The notes below the pieces were generated by a model. The model did not search any database. It was not told the origin of the DNA and saw only the letters and a list, made by a program, of their open reading frames with translations. 64,000 nt of DNA, taken from positions 124,001 through 188,000 of the forward strand of contig OZ251226.1 of assembly GCA_965240325.2 (NCBI GenBank), given 5' to 3'. The translations under genes and the position numbers were made by a program. This document shows, one piece after another, positions 57,831 through 64,000 of this stretch. The stretch is from Rebecca billardiae RCC1528. Lineage: Eukaryota > Protista > Haptophyta. Each line of letters opens with the position of its first letter. Positions within the stretch are counted from its first letter, which is position 1.

Positions 57831-59087
57831 ATGCGGCCACAGCTGCGCCGGGCAGCGACGACCGCCGCGCTGATCGCGCTGTGCGCCGGGGACGCCCACG
57901 CGCTCCCCGACGCCGACGCCATCGCCTCGACCCTGCGCAACGCCTCCGGGCTGCTCAACGCGACGGACGCCATCCTCGACCGCGAGCGCGTCGTGCACAA
58001 GTTTGCGGCGACCACACACTCGCTCTCCGCGGAGCAGGTGCTGCAGCTCAACCAGTGGATCGACCGGCTGCAGGACGTGATCCGTGCGGAGCAGCAGGTG
58101 ATCAGCCACGCGCCGGGCGTCGCCGCGCGCGAGACCGCGGAGCACGCCGCCGAGGCCAGCCTGCAGCAGCTGCGGCGCGCGGCCGATGCGGTGCATGAAT
58201 CCCTCGACCGGGCGATGCGCGAGGCGCGGGCGCACAGCGCGCCGGAGGAGGCCGTGCGCGCGCTGGAGGGCAGGCTCGAGCAAGCCGAGGCGCAGATCGC
58301 GCGCGAGGCGCAGGAGCTCGGGCAGCACACCCTCGACGAGGCGCTGCGCGAGGGCTCGGCCGAGGCGCGCGCGGGGATGGCAGCCGGCAGCGCGGCAGAG
58401 CAGAGCGCTGCACAGGCCGCCGGCATGGCCCCCGACGCACCGGTGGGCGCGGCAGCCCCGAGCTCGCTCCAGGCCATCGCCTCGCAGGGCGCGCGCTGGG
58501 CGGCGGCGTGGACGGGCCCGCGCCTCGGCAGCACCGCCGCCGCCACCGCCGCCGAGCGAGCAGCGCCGTGGGCGCCTGAGCCCTCGAGGCTCGCTGAGCG
58601 CGTCTCGCGCGTGGCCGCCGCGGGCATCGCGCGCCAGGGCGTGCTCGCGGCGCGGCCTGGCGACAGTGCACGCAGCCGTGGCCCCGACCTGCCCGCGCCG
58701 CCGGCCGTCGCCGACCGAGCGCGGCGCGGCGCCGCACCGGCCGCGCGCGCAGCTCCCGTGCCACTGCTGACTGCGCCGCGCCGACGTCACACGCCGGCGC
58801 AGTGGGGCGGCGCGCGGGGCACGTGGCGGCGCGATGTGCTCTCCGGGCTTGCCGCCGCTGCCCTCCTGCTCGGCGCAGCCCTGCGCGCGCGACGCGCGCT
58901 GCAGGCTGGGCGGCCGCGGCGGCGAGGGCCCTGGCTAGTGTCGCGGGCCGCGGCAGCGCCGGCCGAGTGGGTGCGCGCACAGACCGCCTGCCTGGGACCG
59001 CTGAGGGCGGCCGGTCTCGCGGAGCAGCACCCTCTCAGCACGCCCATTCTCAGTATTCTCACCGACGACGCGCGGCCCGCTGCGTAG
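57831..59087 (+). CDS. Hypothetical secreted/membrane protein with coiled coil
   Basis: Signal-peptide-like AATTAALIALCAGDAHA, helical region, late hydrophobic segment VLSGLAAAALLLGAAL. Confidence 0.6.
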   Translation: MRPQLRRAATTAALIALCAGDAHALPDADAIASTLRNASGLLNATDAILDRERVVHKFAATTHSLSAEQVLQLNQWIDRLQDVIRAEQQVISHAPGVAARETAEHAAEASLQQLRRAADAVHESLDRAMREARAHSAPEEAVRALEGRLEQAEAQIAREAQELGQHTLDEALREGSAEARAGMAAGSAAEQSAAQAAGMAPDAPVGAAAPSSLQAIASQGARWAAAWTGPRLGSTAAATAAERAAPWAPEPSRLAERVSRVAAAGIARQGVLAARPGDSARSRGPDLPAPPAVADRARRGAAPAARAAPVPLLTAPRRRHTPAQWGGARGTWRRDVLSGLAAAALLLGAALRARRALQAGRPRRRGPWLVSRAAAAPAEWVRAQTACLGPLRAAGLAEQHPLSTPILSILTDDARPAA

Positions 59088-59583
59088 TGCGTCGAATCCC
59101 CGAGCTGCAGCCAGTGCCGAGTGCGAGAGGGCTCACTCCTCGGCTGTCCGAGCACCGCACTGTCCGACGCGCACTGTTAGAATCAAGAATGAGCCCTGAT
59201 GACTATGAGTGATGGGCTGATGAGTGATGAGGTGTGTCAGGCTGTCCGAAAACGTGAGAGCGACCGGCTGACCGGGTTGAGCAGCTTAGACTGCGACCGT
59301 GCGCGGTGCGTGCGTGAACGCTCACTCAATAACGGTCACAGCATTGACACTCCTGGACCTGGTCAGTGTCGCGGAACTTGAGACTGCAAGCCGGACGCCC
59401 GCCAGGCCGGACCCCTCCGCAGTGCTCACTTTTCTAATGATCAGCCGCGAGAGCCCGACTACCAACGAGACCGCGACGGTCCTCGAACTCGGAAGGTCGG
59501 GCGCGCGGTCGGCCATCAGTCCATCGTGTTTTGCTGGGCGTGGACTGTCGCCATCGACCTTGCGCGAGTGCGCCGGTGGACGG

Positions 59584-60378
59584 ATGGTGGAGATGGACAG
59601 GCGCTTGGTCGTGTCGATCCTCGGGGCGACGGTCGTGGCGGGCGCCATCATCGGCATCAGCTCCGCCACCATGCGCAAGCCCACCGCTGCCACGCCAACC
59701 CTGGGCGGCGTGAACGCGATGGCGGTCGGTGACTCGGCGCTCGCGTGGCTCGCGTCGCCGTCGGATGCGTGCGGCTCGTGGGAGGCGTCCACGGCGCGTG
59801 CCGCCGCGGTGGACCCTTCGGTCGGCCCGGTCGCCACCGCGTGCGACGCGTTCGACCAGCGCGAGGTCATGGCACCGCTGCCGCAGTCGCCAGTGACGGC
59901 GGCCAGCTGCCAGGCGTGGTGCGAGGCCAATCACCCGCCCGGGGGCGCGGACACCGACGCGTGGTGCTGCGAGCTCTCGCGTGCAGACGGCACGCCCATG
60001 TGCTCGTGGTCCAACGGCTTCGCCCGGCTCGTCGCCTCCGAGGCCGAGACGGAAGGCTCCCAGGCGTACGGCACGTGCGGACCCGCCGCCACGGCGCCCA
60101 GCGCTGACCGGCTCGCCGCCAAGATCTTGCACACGCAGTACGACTGCGGCTCGATGCGGTACTACAAGTCGACGGACGTGGTCAAGGTCGACGGCGACGG
60201 CACGACCACCTGCTCCCAGATCTGCCTCCCGCCCGCCTTCGTCAACATCGCCGAGAAGCACGGCTGCTCGCACGGCCGCTGTGTCGACCTCGGCTTCACG
60301 CAGTACGTGTACTCGACCAAGAACACGGGCATCCCTCTCAACGTGTTCGCCAGGCCGGGCGTGCAGGTGCACTACTAG
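59584..60378 (+). CDS. Hypothetical Cys-rich protein with N-terminal signal anchor
   Basis: LVVSILGATVVAGAIIGIS; SCQAWCEAN..WCCEL..CSW; CSQICLP..GCSHGRCVDLGFT; strong GC3 bias. Confidence 0.7.
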   Translation: MVEMDRRLVVSILGATVVAGAIIGISSATMRKPTAATPTLGGVNAMAVGDSALAWLASPSDACGSWEASTARAAAVDPSVGPVATACDAFDQREVMAPLPQSPVTAASCQAWCEANHPPGGADTDAWCCELSRADGTPMCSWSNGFARLVASEAETEGSQAYGTCGPAATAPSADRLAAKILHTQYDCGSMRYYKSTDVVKVDGDGTTTCSQICLPPAFVNIAEKHGCSHGRCVDLGFTQYVYSTKNTGIPLNVFARPGVQVHY

Positions 60379-60650
60379 GAGGCAGCAGCCGGGCGTCGCT
60401 CGCAGCGACGGCGCGCCAGTGGCGACGCGCGCACACGTGCTCGGGCTGCAGTGCTCCGATCCGCGCCTGAGAGGCGCACGAGTCAGCGCCCGCAAGGGCG
60501 TTCCCGGGATCCTGCCACACGCTCCCGAAAAGCAAAGCCCCCCTGGGGGGGCTTTGCCTTTTTTCGTATGTATTCAATGTACCCGCTTCAATGGAGGAAG
60601 CCCGTTTCGATAGGAAGGTGGTTCAATTTGGCGTATGACCATCAATAATT

Positions 60651-60656
60651 AATATA

Positions 60657-60710
<54 letters not shown>
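60651..60710. repeat. (TA)n microsatellite
   Basis: Directly visible. Confidence 0.97.
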
Positions 60711-60715
<5 letters not shown>

Positions 60716-61099
60716 CAGAACCGGCCCGGCCGACATCAGTGATCAGGCTGCCGGCGCTGCCTCGGATCTAGCTATAGCTGAGATCGATGCGGTTACACCT
60801 CATGCGGTTGCCGGAACGGCCTGGAGGCAGCGGGCGCTGCAGTCGGGCTGTGATGGGCGCGAATGGGGCTCTGCCAATGCGGGAGTACAGCTAATAAGCT
60901 ATGCGCAGCTCCTGCCGTGTCAGAGCGCGCCATAGCTTAGATAGCAGCACGCTCTCTCCCTCTCAGTGCCGTCTCAGTCTCGACTCTCTCACTCTGTCTA
61001 GGCCTCTGTGCTCTGACGACAACTGTCATCCAGTATACAGCAGTACAGTTTGTAATAAGAATAAGACTCATAAGAGACGACGCACACAGTCGAGACTCG

Positions 61100-61640
61100 A
61101 GTAAAGGGGTTAAGCCACTATAACTGTCAGGCAGCCGCCATCGTGCGACGACGTGCCCACGCCCACGTGCGCGAATTTGTGCGACGTTCACAGCGACGAG
61201 GTCGCGGTCCCCGGCCGCTCCGACGCGCTCTTGACTTCCGCGTGGGACGTGCGGAGGTCAAGAACCCATCCTACTCGTCGACGGTGCCGACCTCGCAGCC
61301 CTGAACGTCGCACAAATTTGAGATTGGCACCTCTGGCGGGGGCCGCGACACGCATGCCAGGTCCGCGCGGCGCTCTGTGGGCAAGCGAGCCAAGGGGCGC
61401 AGCGAGTCCGGTGCGGCTGTCGTACGGGTCGAGCGCGAGCGCCGAGTCGCAGCCGCGCGCGCGCCGCGCCGCTGGCGCCGGGTCGCCCGGGGGAGAAGGC
61501 GCAGCTGCAGTGCTCCTCTGCCATCACGCGATCCGCCGGCAGAAAGACCAGACTTTGCGCCCAGTTTTGACCAAAACGATGGGTTTTTAACTCCGCGCGA
61601 TCTGGGTAACCTGACACTTATAGTGGCTCGGCCCTTTACT
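61100..61640. mobile_element. MITE-like element, about 540 bp, with about 31-bp imperfect TIRs
   Basis: AGTAAAGGGGTTAAGCCACTATAACTGTCAGG (61100-61131) versus CCTGACACTTATAGTGGCTCGGCCCTTTACT (61610-61640); TA or TAA/TTA at the tips. Confidence 0.7.
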
Positions 61641-61692
61641 GGAGGTCGCCTGCCTGAGCTGTGTGCGTCTCTTACAGTATTCTTAGTAAACT

Positions 61693-61814
61693 TTTAAATT
61701 CCCCTTTATAACGGGCTCCGGGTGATCAGACTGGCGGCCGAAGCCTCCAGCCCTACCCTGGCCAGCCCCCAACCAACCACCACCCTCACCCAACCTCAAA
61801 CCACTGACCGATAC
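61693..61814 (+). repeat. 122-bp dispersed repeat, copy B
   Basis: TTTAAATTCCCCTTTATAACGGGCTCCGGG...CTCAAACCACTGACCGATAC, matching the reverse complement of 27553-27674. Confidence 0.95.
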
Positions 61815-61870
61815 GTACCCGCCAAAGTTGCAACGCCAAGGCCGGCCGGGCGGCGGAACCGCAGCACGCC

Positions 61871-62773
61871 ATGCGCAACCGGCGGCACCCGGCGACGACG
61901 ATGCCTCCGCACATCCACGCGTGGCGCCTGATCATGGTATTGGGACTGTGCTGCACGCATGCTGCCCACGCAGCCCACATGGACGACAAGGTCTTCTTCA
62001 TCGGGCAGGGCTCGACGGGCACGCGCACGCTCGCAGAGATGATGCGCGCGCGCGGCTACAAAGCAGTGCACAACTTTTGCCCAGGTGGTGGGAAGACGCC
62101 GTGGGACCACGCGGTGAAGCACCACAACAAGCACAACCCATGTCTCAAGGACAACAACGCCTTCCTCGACCACGGCGATCTGGTCGATCTTCCTTGGCTT
62201 GCTGCCACATACCCAAGCGCGCGCTTTGTGCTCAACGTGCGCCCTCTGCTGAATTGGGTGGTCAGCCGCGTCGACCACGTGGCGAACTTGCGGGAGAAAC
62301 TGGGCTGTCCGCCGTATGGCCTGAGACAGACGTGCCCGCAGCTCGACCACATGCCCGACAACTCGAACATCACTGTCGCGCACTGGATCAAGCGCGTCGC
62401 TGCGATGCAGCGCAGAGCTCTGCATATGTTCAGCAATTCGCGGTCGCTGCGGCAGCGCTTCGTCATCATCGGCCTCGAGACGACGTCGCCCTGCGACGTG
62501 GACAAGCTCTTGGACTGGGTTCTGCGCGATCAGCCCTTGAACAGACGCCAAACGGCACGGCTCGTCAGGCAAGCTGCCGATCTGCCTGCTGGAGGTGAGG
62601 CACGATGCACGAACGCGTCCGCTGAGACGCATGCAGGGGTGGTCTCGCACCCGCAGCGCACAACGACCCGAATACATTCTCTCTTGCGGTCGTTTGGCTG
62701 CGGCCCGTCGATGTGGGACGACGTGCTGTACATTAAATGTGGAGACAAGATCCCGCGTTCGATGCTGCGCTGA
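61871..62773 (+). CDS. Sulfotransferase-like (P-loop, Sulfotransfer_4-type) protein with signal peptide; start may be 61901
   Basis: 5'-PSB-like KVFFIGQGSTGTRTLAEMMRARGYKAVH; 3'-PB-like YPSARFVLNVRPLLNWVVSR. Confidence 0.72.
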   Translation: MRNRRHPATTMPPHIHAWRLIMVLGLCCTHAAHAAHMDDKVFFIGQGSTGTRTLAEMMRARGYKAVHNFCPGGGKTPWDHAVKHHNKHNPCLKDNNAFLDHGDLVDLPWLAATYPSARFVLNVRPLLNWVVSRVDHVANLREKLGCPPYGLRQTCPQLDHMPDNSNITVAHWIKRVAAMQRRALHMFSNSRSLRQRFVIIGLETTSPCDVDKLLDWVLRDQPLNRRQTARLVRQAADLPAGGEARCTNASAETHAGVVSHPQRTTTRIHSLLRSFGCGPSMWDDVLYIKCGDKIPRSMLR

Positions 62774-64000
62774 CTCGGTAACTAACTCATCGCAACTATA
62801 CTCGACATTATCAACAACTACATCAGTATACACATCCGCGAGAATGATCCGAGAAGTAGAACGCTCTGACCAATTCTATGATGTTTAAAGACTACACAGG
62901 CACGAGGGCGCAGCTCTCCTGATTCGTCTGTAGTGGTACTGGTCCGGAACTCATCGGGAGTCCGGAAGCTTGCAGCAGTGGCAGTGGTGTGACCCGAGGC
63001 CCGGCCGGCGAGGCCGACGAACTACATTTTGGGCCGCCATCATTTTGGAGCAAATCTCCGGGCATATGAATTATGCGATGATGATGGTGCATGGATGCTG
63101 CGACGGTGCATCACTGGCCAGGAGTCAGTCATCAGGAAAAGTCGGGGCTTGCGGCCTGTACTCGTAAGTAGTCGGGCCGCGCGCCGCGTCACCCACGGGC
63201 ACTGCGCCTCGGCGGACCACTGATGATCGGCCGCGGGCGACGTAGTGCCGGTAACTTCTTAGTGTGACCATGCTGCGTATAGCGAGTCAGCACCAGCGCC
63301 AATCGCTAGTCTCAGTTTCTAGCTAGGCCAAATCCGCAGATAGCAAGCCCCAGTTTCTTAACGTGACAGCTCTCCTTATTGCCCGCGATTGCCTGTATTA
63401 GTGTATAGATGATGAGCCTGCTTTCTGATGCGCCGCCCTGCGCCGGGCGACTCGCGTCTGCGCATGCATCTTCTCCGCAAGCCTTGATTGAGCCCGCACG
63501 GACGTGTGGCGCCGCCTCTGGCTTCAGCCGTGCTGTCATCCCCGCAGCAAAGTATGCCGCGGCAGCGCGCGCGCGCTGAGAGCAACCGGCGAGGCGCGCA
63601 TCCCATGTGACCCATGTCCATGACCTGATGAACGGCAGAACGCGCGTGAGCGCCATGTTACAGTACGGTCGTAGACGCGCGCCATGGTGCCTATGTAGCG
63701 GCTTCCCGCGCGTGCGTGCCTGCTCCGCCCTGCTTCCTCGGCAGGCCCGGCAAGTGCCAAGTCGCCCATATATGTCTCTGACTCTGGCTTGACGGAATCA
63801 CGGGAATGCCAGTGGCGCCGGCGGCGCCGTGAAGCTCGCGCTCGCGCGGGCCTCAAGCTGACCTTCGAGGTGCGAGGGCGCAAAGCGCTGCGCCACGCGC
63901 ATGCTACAGTAACAGTAGTTCCCCGCCTCGCTACCGCCCCGCTGCGTCCCATCGGAAGCTCTACTGGACATCGCGCAGCCTCGCCCTGGCCGCTGGCGGC

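Noticed and set aside
27553-61814. A single 34-kb giant transposon bounded by the 122-bp inverted copies
   Set aside because: The interior holds ordinary intron-containing housekeeping genes (CRNKL1, UAP1, DHX, NCX) and no transposase, integrase or viral genes; no convincing TSD.
1-64000. Numerous long Arg/Ala/Pro-rich overlapping and antisense ORFs (e.g. 9810-13580, 5827-8820, most of 55029-59087)
   Set aside because: Shadow ORFs caused by extreme GC and scarcity of stop codons.
62800-64000. Short ORFs at the window end
   Set aside because: No recognisable motifs or codon bias.

Overview
Very GC-rich, gene-dense eukaryotic nuclear DNA with short GT-AG introns (donors GTGCGC/GTGCGT/GTGAGC, acceptors mostly CGCAG) and many (GGC)n/(GCC)n tracts encoding poly-Gly/Ala/Pro. 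The style suggests a haptophyte alga such as Pavlovales/Diacronema (inference). Most long overlapping ORFs are GC artefacts. About 18 real genes are supported: RCC1-repeat protein (5' partial), TCF25/Rqc1, a large PAN-domain/glycosyltransferase-like protein, NDUFA4/B12D, La-motif protein, TPR protein, crooked-neck/CLF1, F-box-ankyrin, Mpv17, SPATA7-like, alpha/beta hydrolase, UDP-GlcNAc pyrophosphorylase, SLC12 cotransporter, NCX exchanger, Tudor-DEAH helicase, sulfotransferase-like and several hypothetical proteins. The most unusual structure is a 2.4-kb palindromic element (21380-23820): about 415-bp inverted arms, each capped by a long perfect 10-bp array (53 and 68 units) in telomere-like polarity. 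Also present are a 1.7-kb hAT-like non-autonomous element with TIRs and a target-site duplication, a 540-bp MITE, an identical 122-bp dispersed repeat upstream of two genes, a probable non-LTR retrotransposon 3' fragment, and four divergent gene pairs with near-identical 177-186 nt ATG-to-ATG gaps.
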